Positions 24,551 to 37,725 of a stretch of DNA of 64,000 nt are shown here, one piece after another. The position numbers were made by a program, and so were the translations under genes. The stretch lies in assembly GCF_009914755.1 (NCBI RefSeq), contig NC_060932.1. One strand, written 5' to 3'. Numbering within the stretch: position 1 is the stretch's first letter; the number at the start of each line of letters is the position of its first letter. The DNA comes from the human T2T-CHM13v2.0 reference genome, Homo sapiens. The notes under the pieces are model-generated. The model was not told the DNA's origin, searched no databases, and saw only the letters and a list, made by a program, of their open reading frames with translations.

Positions 24551-27189
24551 GATCATGCAAACAAACAAAAAAAAAGTATGGCAACCAACAGAAGTTTAAA
24601 TCTGATGACGACTAATACCAATGGGAATAAAGAAAAATGACCCTAACAATTAAAGTGACAAAATTTGGGATTTATTCTTCTAAGACAAAACATGATCCCT
24701 TTGGGGAGGGGGGATGAAGTGACAAAACAATCCTCTGATGATCAGAAATAACACATTAAAACTTCTACTTATATTTATTTTTATCAAATGCCTTTTTATT
24801 TCAACTTTTTCTATGCTTCATAAAATACATAATATAAATACATATTAGTGCATGAATATAATTTATTAACAAATACATATATTATGGATACACGCTCCAA
24901 AGTTTGTTCTAATGCAGTGGTTAAAGATATCTGGAGACAAACAGGTCTGAATGGAAAAGCACATGATACTACAGATATGGCTTAGGAAACGATGAAGTGG
25001 CCTGCAGTACATCTTATGAACTGGCTTATTAAGGTCCAAGTAGACAGCTATTATCAGCAGAGAGGACTCACAAGACTCACTTCAAAGCCTAACCGCCCAG
25101 ATATGCTCTGGGGTGTGTCTGGTCTATGGAGAGGGCAGGATACAGAGGCGGCAACCCTGTGCACTTCTCCAGCTCCATTATTCTGAGAGGCAATGTGCTC
25201 TCATAAAAGACCTCTGCTAGGAATCTCGTCTTAGATTCTTGTTTCAGTTCTACAACTCTTTAGCTCTGTGAACTTCACTAGTCACTAACTTCTTTCAGCA
25301 TGTCTCTCTGTAACACAGGAGACTGTATCTTAAAAGCTTGGATTATTCACGCTTTTCTCTGTCTTCCCATAGTACTCTTTTTCCTATATTCTTATCACGT
25401 TTTACTGTTATTAGCATTATATATAGCCAGCAAAGGCAGGGAAGCAGGATGATGGATTCTGACAAAGAAAAGCAGCCAACTGGATTATAGTTTAGACCAA
25501 GTATGTAAATGCCACTTACCATTTCTAAGGAGAGCAAGGGTCGGCCGCATTAGCACTGCATCTGTTTAGAAGTAGACGGGTCACTGCATAGGGTCACTTA
25601 CTCCTCCAGGGTCCACTGGACTAAAGATGGCTCCAGGCAGGACCCTGCCCCACAGGCCTTCAAGAGCCTGGACCTGCTCTACCTGGTAAACACACTGCAC
25701 AGCAGGTGGCTGAGGGGCTGCCTCTTGCAGCCTGAACCCAAGACCTACTATGGCTACCAACAACAATAGCAGAATCCCTCCTGCTGAAAGAATCTGCCTC
25801 CAGGCTCCCTTCAGCCATTCTCCCTCCAAAGGCAAAAGGTTTGGCCTCCTCCTACACTTGGGCACCTCAGGGTAGAAGAAAGTGGTTTTCCGTAACAATT
25901 AAAGCTGAGTCCTTCCTCACTCCTTATAACTCTTCCCCCCAGCCCACCAACAGGAGGCAAGTGTTACAAAGACATAAAACAGCCAAGATCCATTATTACT
26001 CTGGCAGCATGATGACCATTATGTCTTCTGTTAAAAAATCGGACCACAGGAAAACAACCATGATGCATCCTTTTACAGCTTCAGGGAAAATCTTGGACCG
26101 AGCTTTTGCTACAGGACTCACAACTTCATATTCCCGCAACTGATTATGCTGCCTTACCATTAGCACCTGTGAAACGTTCAAAACGTTCATCTTAATGCAC
26201 TTAACTCACAGAATAGATAAATTTGTCCAAAGTTAAGAAATTGCGACATGCCACAGCCTTATCATCATTTGTCACTGAGAAAAATAAGTTTGAAGACTTC
26301 ATGGCAGCTTAACAGAAAGCTATCTTCACGACAAATGAGGTTTATTACTAACATAAATAATACGACGGCAGCAAAGTACCAAAGAATGAATCATGAGGAA
26401 GGGAAAAAGTAGTAAACACTGAAAAGGCAATTATGACTCACAAATTTCCTTTTCCCCAGCCCTGGGCACTCATACAAATTCTGTGACATCTCCTAACTGC
26501 AAATGCAGGGACCTTTCCTTTCAGATGTCTTCTTGACACCTCAAGATGAACATTTCTACAACTGACATCAACCCTCTTCAAAGGAGCTTCCCACTCACAC
26601 ACTCTTCATAGAACTCCCCCTCCTGCCCCGCTTGCCAGGCTTGAGACCTGGGACCCCCGTGCCTTTATCTCCAGAGCTCATCTAGACCTCTCCTGGGCCC
26701 TGGCATTTACATTATGAAGCCCGACTAATCTCTTTTTAACACAACTTTCACCACATTTCCTCTGTTGAAAATCTCTGATTTCCTTTATTTCCTATCCATA
26801 TCAGACTTACATTTCTCAAACCACATCCTTCCCCACCCTAACTCTCCCCACATGCTCAAACCAAGCATGACCCTGACTCCTCACAACAGCCTCCCCATTC
26901 TGCTTATGCCCACTCACCTGGAATGCCTTTCCCCAATCTGCCCTGACACCCAGACAAATCCTACCTGTCCTCCTAGGCACTGATGGGCATTTGACAGAAA
27001 GATGGAGGCTGGAGATGCCAGAAATAAAGGGTGCAGGGAGGAGGGGAGACAGTGGGAAGGGAGAAAGAGACAGAGAACTTCAACCAACAGATAGGAAGAA
27101 AAAGGAAGAGAAAGAGGGGAGATAACTGGGATTTCTACCAAAATCATTTTATCAAAAGGGAGATAAATTCAGGGGTGTTTTGAGGGTTT

Positions 27190-27335
27190 GGTTTTTGCAA
27201 CAGATGGAGTCTTGCTGTCATCCAGGCTGCAGTGCAGTGACAAAATCACAGCTCACCGCAGCCTTGAACTCCTGGGCTCAGGTGATCCTCTCACCTCAGC
27301 CTCCAGGGGAGCTGGAATTACAGGTGTGAGCCACA
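27190..27335 (-). mobile_element. FRAM/AluJ monomer
   Basis: Diverged single Alu arm. Confidence 0.8.
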
Positions 27336-27467
27336 ATTGAATTCAGTTTTAGATAGGAGTGTAAACCCACATCAGAACAATCAAACTAGTGCCCCATTAG
27401 TGAGAGGTGCAGAACTGCTGCTGCCTTGAGAAAGGGCTAAAGGTACAGGGAGCAGATACCCCTAGAG

Positions 27468-27689
27468 CAGGGGTGTTCAATCTTTTGGCTTCCCTGGGCC
27501 ACACTGGAAGAAGAAGAACTGTCTTGGGCCACACAGAAAATATACTAACACTAACAACAGCTGATGAGAAAAAAACAATTGCAAGAAAATCTCATAATGT
27601 TTTAAGAAAATTTACAAATTTGTGTTGGGCCATATTCAAAGCCATCCTGGGCTGCATGTGGCCCACGGGCCATGGGTTGGACAAGCTTG
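27468..27689. mobile_element. MER30 with perfect 8-bp TSD CCCTAGAG
   Basis: CAGGGGTGTTCAATC...TTGGACAAGCTTG. TSD at 27460-27467 and 27690-27697. Confidence 0.92.
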
Positions 27690-27732
27690 CCCTAGAGAAA
27701 TGTGACCTTGTAGAGTTGGTTCACTCATGGAT

Positions 27733-28096
27733 TGATACGGTTTGGCTGTGTCCCCACCCAAATCTCATCTTGAATTGTAGCTCCCATAATTCTCACTTGT
27801 TGTGGGAGGGATCCTGTAGAAGATAATCAAATCTTGGGAGCAGTTCCCCCCATACTGTCCTCGTGGTAGTGAATAAATCTCACGAGATCTGATGATTTCA
27901 AAAGGGGTTTCTTCTTTCACTTGGCTCTCACTCTGTCTCTTGCCTGCCGCCATGTAAGACGTGCCTTTCACCTTCCACTATGATTGTGAGGCCTCCTCAG
28001 CCACGTGGAACTGTGAGTCCAGTAAACCTCTTTTTCTTTATAAATTACCCAGTGTTGGCTATGTCTTTATCAGCAGCATGAAAACAGACTAATACA
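27733..28096 (+). mobile_element. THE1-type solo LTR with 5-bp TSD TGGAT
   Basis: TGATACGGTTTGGCTGTGTCCCCACCCAAATCTCATCTTGAATTG...CTAATACA. TSD at 27728-27732 and 28097-28101. Confidence 0.93.
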
Positions 28097-31000
28097 TGGA
28101 TCAAGTCTTGAGAGAAACTGACGGGGGACCAAAGACTGAGCTTTGGAAAATGGTGAGATAACGAAAGAGGGACTATCAAATATGCAAGAGGGAACTCAGA
28201 AAATTCCAAAGTGCCATTAAAAGAGAACAGACTTTCTAGAAGACAGTGTGGGCATCAATACTGTCAAGGAGATACTAGCAGCAAAGCTATGACAGCTGCA
28301 AAGAAACAAGGAAAAATGAGGACAGAAAGAGACTTTGGACCTATTGTTTTTTAGATTATTGAGATGGCAGTTTCAAGACAGTGAAAGGCACACAGGGAGA
28401 ACACAGAGACATCAGGATAAAACAAGTGGAGCAAGGCCAATCAGCCTATAAGGTAGGCAGGATTATCAGAAAACAGACATTAGAAGTCAGCTGAAATCAC
28501 TGGTTGAGAGTGAGCAAAGCTCACCTTTGACTTTTTAATATTCTTATCTATTTTCTTAATGGTTAAAAGTAAAACTGGAGAGAAATAACAGGCTGCTGTT
28601 AAGTTTTGATGAATAATAAATATTCAATGCAGCCCATGAACTCAGATGTAACTGGACCTGTAAACCACTTTCTACCCAATGTATAGTCATTAAGAACTTT
28701 CCTCTGAGCCAGGACACTATAGAGTATAGCTTCACAGAGGGAAAAAATCATCAAGAACAGATCTTTATTTCTGTGTCCTGATTTTGCTTAATTGCCTTCC
28801 TCAGCCCCCAAAAAAATCCAACTATAGAAAACTGTAGCAGGTCCCAATAGATTCTGAGTTCCAGAAGCCAAGTATCTCACCCACCCAGGCTCTGCCACAC
28901 TCAAAACAGCCCTTCTCAGAGCACTCAGAGGGGGCTATAAAATTTTGAAAAAGAAAAAAAAAGATTATATCTCAGCTGTTCTTATGATACTGGAAATTGA
29001 AAGAAAGAAGATAGTAAGCACTGGAAAAAGAAGGAAAAAAAGGGGGAAAAGGAAACAGAAAGTAGAACATTTAAGTCAAAAAATGGGTCATTAAATAACT
29101 GAGAAATAGTTAACAGAGAAAGCACCATCTCTTTCCAGATCCACTCATAATTATATGAAGCAGCCCATTCATCAGCAGATAAATCAAGATTTAGTGTGTA
29201 TTATTCTCAGATGCTGCTACGCTTTAAGTCATCACTGTCAATATATTATGCTGCTATTATTCAGAGAAGGACGTTCAAGGTGTAGACAGATATAACAGTG
29301 ACAAAATACTGTAAAGCATGGAATGGAACATAAATTATTCGAAATTCTATCTCTAGCTATCACCTACTTGTTATGTCTGCCAAAACCTAACCAAGTCTTG
29401 TATACAGATAGGTAGAAGAGAAATAGGGGAATGTGACAGAGGGCTTCAGAGCAACTTCCCCCATGAAGACATTAATATCAAAAGGTATTTATAGTGTTCT
29501 TAGTAAAAGGCACTAGTGCTATGTAATTTATAAAAAGAAGATCTTATTTCAAAGCAGAATGACTGCCTCTTTAAATGCTGACTGATTTCCTGCCTTCTTA
29601 GGAACAGGGCTTTATAACACCATTGGACTCTTCTCCCAAAAATGAAGCTTCCTTTATGAAATTCACTATAAAAGATTGGGAAAAGCTTGGTGCAGTCATA
29701 CATCAAAGAAAAGAAAAACTACATCATTTTTATGTTTTATATTTAATGTAAAATCAGAAGCAATTAAAACTCATTCTTCAACACTGGTTTCTTGATTTCC
29801 AGGAAATATCCTACATTTTATTTTCTAAAAAAAAAAAACCTGAATTGTAGGCTATAGCTGCAATTAAATTGCTATAACTTCCCTACTTCATTTATTATTT
29901 TGTAAAATAAAGAAAGCAAAGAGATTGTCAACGGGTCTTGTTATAGAATGTAAGTCATTTATAGATTGGATCTGTTCATTCTATACAGTGAATCAGTGAC
30001 TAATGGCTGCAATCCTCTCCCTGCTCATCCCTGAATGAGAGCCACGATGATGAAAGAGTTCTGAAATAATGGCAGCACTCATCTCAACATTTATTGAGCA
30101 CCGACAGTATCTAGGGTTTTAGTGTTCACTGCTTCTGGCACTGGAAATGCAAAGACTCAAATCTTGTTATAAAAGAATCCAGGATGTAAATAAACAAAAA
30201 TAAGAAATTTATAGCCCAATAGAAGAAAAGGATGAGTGAAAAGGATTAGTGCACAATCGAAATGTTAAAGGATGCTGTGGGTATTTTTATTGATTTAATA
30301 GGCACTGATATGACATTTTCTGCCAAGAACTGTTCTTTACAAATATTACTTCATTCCATCCTCATTAGCATCTTTATAATAATAGATTCTATGACCGCCA
30401 TCAAACACCTCAATTTAACAAGAAGGAAATGGAGGTACAGAAAGTGAAGTAACCTGCCCAGGATTATACAGCAAACAAGTGACAGAGACAGACTGTGGAC
30501 ACAGGGAGTATGGCTCTACCACCTATGCCACCTCTGATCCCAAGAGGGAGGGTTGGAAAAGACAGAGCGGGGTACACTGCACAGTGTGAGTATTCACACA
30601 AAGCACGGAGGAATGGCAAGGTTATCCGCAAAGACAAGAAAAACTAGGGAAAGGAAGGGAGAATGTGCGACCCAAGACACTGCTAGCATGCCAGCCACAC
30701 ACCTGGTGTTAGTGAGCACTCTCACTCCAGCTCCTGGGAAAGCTACCTGAGCTGAGTCTCCTTTGTAAAAGGGAGACCAGACTGTCTATCGTGTGATGCC
30801 CTTACAAGGGCAAGGAATAGTCTCTGGAAAGGTTTTAGAAAATACAGAGCAAGTGCTGGCTAGAGCAGAATCCGAGTCAGAGAAGTGGGAGGTTCTCTGG
30901 CGACAGAAAGGTGGGCAGCACTGAAAGGTCTAGCGCCCCACTTTAGAAAACACAGTTATGGTCACTTACCTTCAGTAGGGCTATCTTCTCATTATGCCGC

Positions 31001-31249
31001 TGAACTCATCTACTTACTTTCTTACAGTTTAAAGATAACTAATAATGCATTCCATTATAGAAAGCCAGATCACCGCCATAGAGCCCCAATGTCAAATGTC
31101 TCCAGAAGTGAGGACAGCAGAGCTGTGAAAAACTGAAGAATTGGGGCCATGCCTCCAAGTGTTTAAACTCTACAATTTACGAAATACAGTGCCAGCTGGA
31201 GCCGTCCTTAAATCCAGCCCAAAGGCCCACCAGTCAGCATCCCCACATA

Positions 31250-32500
31250 CACATCACTAATATTCTAACACCAAGGTCACCTGCCTCCCAGAGAAAATAA
31301 AACCATCAGAAGGAACTGTCTCTGCTTCCTGCCAGGACCTCCTGCCAGTCCTTCCTCCCTCCTCCTCTTTTCCAGGAGTAAACATCTGCTCCTTTCTGCC
31401 ACAGCACTCAAGGGTCTTTCATCCACCAGCTCTTTTCTGAGCCTTTAACCTCTCTCCCCTTAGCTCCTTCTCAACACCATTTAATATGCATAGATGTTTC
31501 TCCTCTTTAAAAAAAAAAAAAAAAATTCCTGGACCTCACATACCCTCCTACTACTTTCTCTTCACAGGTAACTGTTTAAAAAATTATCTCCACTCCCATC
31601 ACCACCTCCTCCTTGCCCATTTCCTCTGCTATCTACTGAAATCTGTCTCTTGTCCCATCAGTTTAGTGAAACTGCTCACCGTCTACGGCCATACCACCCT
31701 GAACGCGCCCGATCTCGTCTGAAACTTCTCACCATGTTCCCCACTAAATCACGTTTTCGCCTGGGAGACCAGATCACCTGCTCTGCAGCAGCCGGTAGCC
31801 TTGCCTGTCTTTCTCACACTGCCCCTTCCCCTGGGTTTCGTGGTGCCACACTCTCCTGGTCTCCTTCTTCTTCAACAGCAGTTCCATCGCAGGCTCCATT
31901 ACTGGTTCTCTTCCCCTCACAGGGTTCCGCCCTAACACCTCTTCTCTCTGAGCATGTTCTTGATGGCTGTTCTTATCTACTCACATGTCTTCAATCCTCA
32001 CCTGGATGCTCATGACTCCAAAACCAGCATTTTAAATCAAAATTTCTGTCCCGAGACCATATCCCTTTATTAAACTGCCCAGTAAAATATCTCCAGTGGG
32101 ATATTTTAAAGTTAGCATTTAACAGCTGAGTTCCCTCCACCGCCCCTCGGACTGTGTCTTTGTCTTCAGTTCCCACCTCTGGTGATGGAACCCAAGCCAG
32201 AAATCTCTTCCATCATCCTCTTCCCTTACAAACAACGAAGAGCTATGTCCTGCCCTTTCCACCTCTCAAAAATCTCCCAAATGCATCCACTTGGCTGATT
32301 CCCATCACCAGTGCCTTAGTTTCAAGATCCATAATCTATAGATAGACTTATGCCCGTCTCTTAACTGTCTCCATGCCTCCAAAGCTGGCTTTGATTCATT
32401 CTCTACCCTGCAATTATATACTGCAAGCCTGCTCATCAGGTGCTCCTATCTGCCCACGAGGTACAGTCCAACCTCCTTCACACGCAATGCATTCACTAAA
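31250..32500 (+). mobile_element. L2 fragment (host of the 5S insert)
   Basis: L2-like pyrimidine-rich sequence, e.g. CCACACTCTCCTGGT.CTCCT and TGAAACTGCTC. Confidence 0.6.
31681..31722 (+). pseudogene. 3'-truncated 5S rRNA retropseudogene (nt 1-42)
   Basis: GTCTACGGCCATACCACCCTGAACGCGCCCGATCTCGTCTGA is the 5' end of human 5S rRNA. Flanked by TGAAACT(G/T)CTCACC. Confidence 0.95.
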
Positions 32501-34373
32501 TGAATATATCTTTTTACAATCTTGATAAGTATGGCAAATTTGGATTATTATGTATTAACTATTTCAGGTGTGTTGGTGATAACAATTAGAGTAATAAGCT
32601 CTTTTTAGTAATAAGCATGCACATAGAGCAATTTTAATTGGGTTTAAAATTCAGCACTATTTCATTTCTCTTTCATTTGCCCGCGAAATACCACTGTCAA
32701 TTTTCACACTCCAACTTTACATAGCTAATAGATTGTCTAATAACCCAGTTTTCAGAAAGAGTATTTTTTAAATCCAATTACAATTCAAACTATTACAATT
32801 TACAATAAAATGCATGTATCTGAAAATGTTTTTAAAAACCACTCTATTTTAATTCCCACTACACCTGGAAAGGTACTTGTCTGTTAACACTGCTTACTCA
32901 GGGTCTTTCACTTTTTGAATTGCAATTATCTAAAGCAAAAATCAGAACCTGTTTATTAGAAATAGGGGAAGGGGTACAGTGTATAGGGATGAGAACGGTA
33001 GTTGGTCCAAGTCTCAGCCATTACCTAAGTGACCTTGGGCAACTAATGTCTCATGACCTGATTATTCAGCTAAAAAACAGACATAACATCTACCTTTAAG
33101 GAATATTTTAATGATGAAATAAGATATGGCATGTGTCTGGCAAACATAGTCTTCATAATCATTCCCACCATTCCCTGGGGATTATGGTACAGTGCATCTT
33201 GTATTAACTCCACGGCCATGAGACAATGCAAAGAACACAAAACTTTTCAACAATATAAACACCATATATCTTCAAAATATTGTGAGAAAAGTAAATTTTG
33301 ATGGGCCAAAAAAACAAATATATACATGAAGGCACATGTAACCAGAATTCTACCAAAAAAAAAAATTATCTTAAGTGGAGGAATTTTTCTTGCTCTACAA
33401 CTAAATGAAACTGCCCTAATCTGAAAGACAAATAGCCCTGTGAAAATCTACACCTATGCTTTTCCCATAAAGTACTTCCTTATTTATATAAGTTTTGTAA
33501 TTTACTTTAAAATCATAACAAACTAATCCAACTCACTTGTTGCTCAAGGGAGTTGCACAAAGAACCATTCTCTAGCAAACTCATCATAAACCACATTATT
33601 TCTAGTGCTAATTAAAGGGAATTATGCTTCGCTGAGATTTGTGTAAGACTCTCCTGTTAATAAAATAACAGTGCTATAGGCGATCAACTTATTTTAAAGG
33701 ACATTCTAGAAAACTGACTTTTAACACACTAGTGACCTGAAATACAGAGCCCAAGTTCCCTTTCAATGTTGTAACAAGGTAAAGTATCATTTTCTTTGAT
33801 TGAGGTGGAACTTGTACCAAAACAGCTTGTGAGGTTTTCAAAAAGGTCAATTAGGAACAGGAAAGGCATCAATGGGTGTGAACCAAAAAAGCTCAACAAT
33901 TCAGATAGGAAATTTTACCTGTGTTTACAAGGCAATGCACTTCAGTTCAGTACAGCTCATACTGACTGGGCTGGGTGCAGCCGGGGTGGGGGGCGATTTT
34001 TAAAACAAGATTATTACATTTTGAACATAATCCAAAGTGAACAATCATCAATGGCCAAAGTGCTTTTAAATGTTGAGAGCAGATATGGGAGCTCCAGTTA
34101 GGCAGTGAGGACTTCCCTTATACCCAATCTTACCTAACCGTGAACCTCTTTCTCCAGGACTGACTAGAGACTCGACTTCCCAGCACTGCTCATTCCCCTG
34201 GTCTGCACAGTCACAAGTGCCTAACAAGTACATACACTGTACTGCTCAATGCCTTTATCATCCCAGCCATCTAAAGCATTCTCAAAAACCTATGTAAATT
34301 CAAATAACAAAAACAAAATTATTTTTTCTAAAAGTTTTTATTACGAATAATGCATTTCTGGGGGGGGGTTGAG

Positions 34374-34704
<331 letters not shown>

Positions 34705-34921
34705 TAAAAAACTTTATTTGTATATGTATATGTACTTACTGAGAAAAGCCCCTTAAAAATGCCAAGGACTATCTTTGCTGTACATAATGTAACTCAGAAG
34801 AAAATTTTACTATGTAAAGTTATTACAGAGGTACAGCTACTATCTTTGCTTTTATATAAAAGTATTCGATATTTTTAACTAATTTCCTGTTAAGCCTTTA
34901 AAAGGATAGAAAGTGTAATAA

Positions 34922-35258
<337 letters not shown>

Positions 35259-35293
35259 AATAACGGCTTTTACAGTGACCACTTCATGGCATA

Positions 35294-37127
35294 TTTTCTT
35301 TTTTTCTTTTAAGTTCCGGGATACATATGCAGAATGTGCAGGATTGTTACATAGGTATACATATGCCGGATTGTTACATAGGTATACATATGCCATGGTG
35401 GTTTGCTGCACCTATCAACCCATAATCTAGGTTTTAAGCCCCACATGCATTAGGTATTTGTCCTAACGCTCTCCCTCCCCTTCCGCTCCAACCCCAACAG
35501 GCCATGGTGTGTGTTGTTCCCCTCCCTGTATCCACGTGTTCTCATCGTTCAACTTCCACTTATGAGTGAGAACATGCAGTGTTTGGTTTTCTGTTCCTGT
35601 GTTAGGTTGCTGAGAATGATGGTTTCCAGCTTCATCCATGTCCCTGCAGAGGACATGTTCTCATTCCTTTTTATGATTGCATAGTGTTCCATGGTCTATA
35701 TGTACCACATTTTCTTTATCCAGTCTTTCATTGATGGGTATTTGGGTTGGTTCCATGTCTTTGCCATTGTGAATTGCACTGTAATAAACACATGTGAGCA
35801 TGTGTCTTTATAGTCAAATGATTTATATTCCTTTAGGTATATACCCAGTAATGGGATTGCGTGTCAAATGGTATTTCTGGTTCTAGATCCTTGAGGAATC
35901 GCCACACTGTATTCCACAATGGTTGAACTAATTTACATTCACAACAACAGCATAAAAGCATTCTTGTTTCTCCACAGCCTCGCCAACATCTACTGTTTCT
36001 TGACTTTTTAATAATTGTCATTCTGACTGGTGTGAGATGGTATCTCATTATGGTTTTGATTTGCGTTTCTCTAATGATCAGTGCTGTTGAGCTTTTTTTC
36101 ATATGTTTGTTGGTCGCATAAATGTCTTCTTTTGAGAAGTGTCTGTTCATATACTTTGCCCAGTTTTTGATGTGTTTTTTTTTTACCTTGTAAATTTATT
36201 TAAGTTCCTTGTAGATTCTGGATATTAGACCTTGTCAGATGGGCAGATTTCACAAATTTTCTCCCATTCTGTAGGCTGCCTGTTCACTCTGATGATACTT
36301 TCTTTTGCTGTACAGAACTTCTTTAGTTTAATTAGATACGATTTGTCAATTTTTGCTTTTGTTGCAATTGCTTTTGGTGTTTCCGTCACGAAATCTTTGC
36401 CCATGCCTATGTCCTGAATGGTACTGCCTTGGTTTTCTTCTAGGGATTTTATGGCTTTCAGTTTTACATTTAAGTCTTTAATCTATCTTGAGTTAATTTT
36501 TGTATAAAGTGCAAGGAAGGGGTCCAGTTTCAGTTTTCTGCACATGGCTAGCCAGTTTTCCCAGCACCATTTATTAAACAGGGAATCCTTTCCCCATTGC
36601 TTGTTTTTGTCAGGTTTGTCAAAGGTCAGGTGGCTGTAGATGTGTGGTGTTATTTCTGAGATCTCTGTTCCACTCCATCAGTCTATACACCTGTTTTGGT
36701 ACCAGTACCATGCTGTTTTGATTACTGTAGTCTTGCAGTATAGTTTGAAGTCAGGTAGCATGATGTCACCAGCTTTTTTCTTTTTGCTTAGAATTGTCTT
36801 GGCTATACAGGCTCTTTTTTGGTTCCATATGAAATTCAAAGTAGTTTTTCTAATTCTGTGAAGAATGTCAATGGTAGTTTAATGGGAATAGCATTATATA
36901 TATAATGCTATATAAATTACTTCGGGCAGTATGGCCATTTTCACGATATTGATTCTTCCTATTCATGAGCATGGAATGTTTTTCCATTTGTTTGTATCCT
37001 CTCTTATTTCTTGAGCAGTGGTTTGTAGTTCTCCTTGAAGAGGCCCTTCACTTCCCTTGTTAGCTATATTCCCAGCTATTTTATTCCCTTTGTAGCAATT
37101 GTGAATGGGAGTTTATTCAAGATTTGG
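35294..37127 (-). mobile_element. 5'-truncated L1PA (about 1.8 kb: ORF2 C-terminus and 3' UTR)
   Basis: ORF 35833..36150 MNRHFSKEDI...MRYHLTPVRM...KLVQPLW is L1 ORF2p C-terminal sequence. Confidence 0.95.
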
Positions 37128-37683
37128 TCCATTGACTAGCATACTTTAAATGAGTCAATGTTACAGTAAATTATATCTCAATAAAGCTTTTTTTTAATGC
37201 AAGAGAGTAAAATCCCTCCCTTACATTTAACCATTAATTTGTGAGGATCTGATGCTTAGAGGTAACGTAGCCATCTGGCAATCATGAGTAAACAAAGCAA
37301 AGAGGAAAAGCTAAAATGCTGAAATAGCTTAGCAGAAAAACAGAAAGAAATTGGCCTGTGGAAATATGGCTGAGTGGCCACATAAACCGACAGTGGCACC
37401 ACCCTTCAGGAGTTCCTATAATGTGAGAGGAAATATTTCCTACTATTTCTTAGTGGTGTCTTCCATTGTTTACCTAAAACCAATGCACTCATACGATGGA
37501 GAAATACGATACTGAGCAAAAACACTCCACTGGGTACTTATATCAAATCCTTTAGATGTATGCATAGCAAACACAAATAAAATAAAATTTTCATTGTGTA
37601 TTTTCACTACAATCCAAATGTTGGCTTCTGACAGAAAAGTAATATTTCTTAAAAATAAAATTGTGTCTAACGATAAATAAATT

Positions 37684-37725
37684 GAGCTTTTTGCTCTGAT
37701 CTAGAGCTTTTTGCTCTGATCTAGA
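37684..37725. repeat. Perfect 20-bp tandem duplication
   Basis: GAGCTTTTTGCTCTGATCTA twice, plus GA. Confidence 0.95.

Noticed and set aside
27407-27826. 139-aa ORF
   Set aside because: Chance frame running across MER30 and the THE1 LTR.
35833-36150. L1 ORF2-like protein as a gene
   Set aside because: Fragment of a 5'-truncated, stop-interrupted L1.
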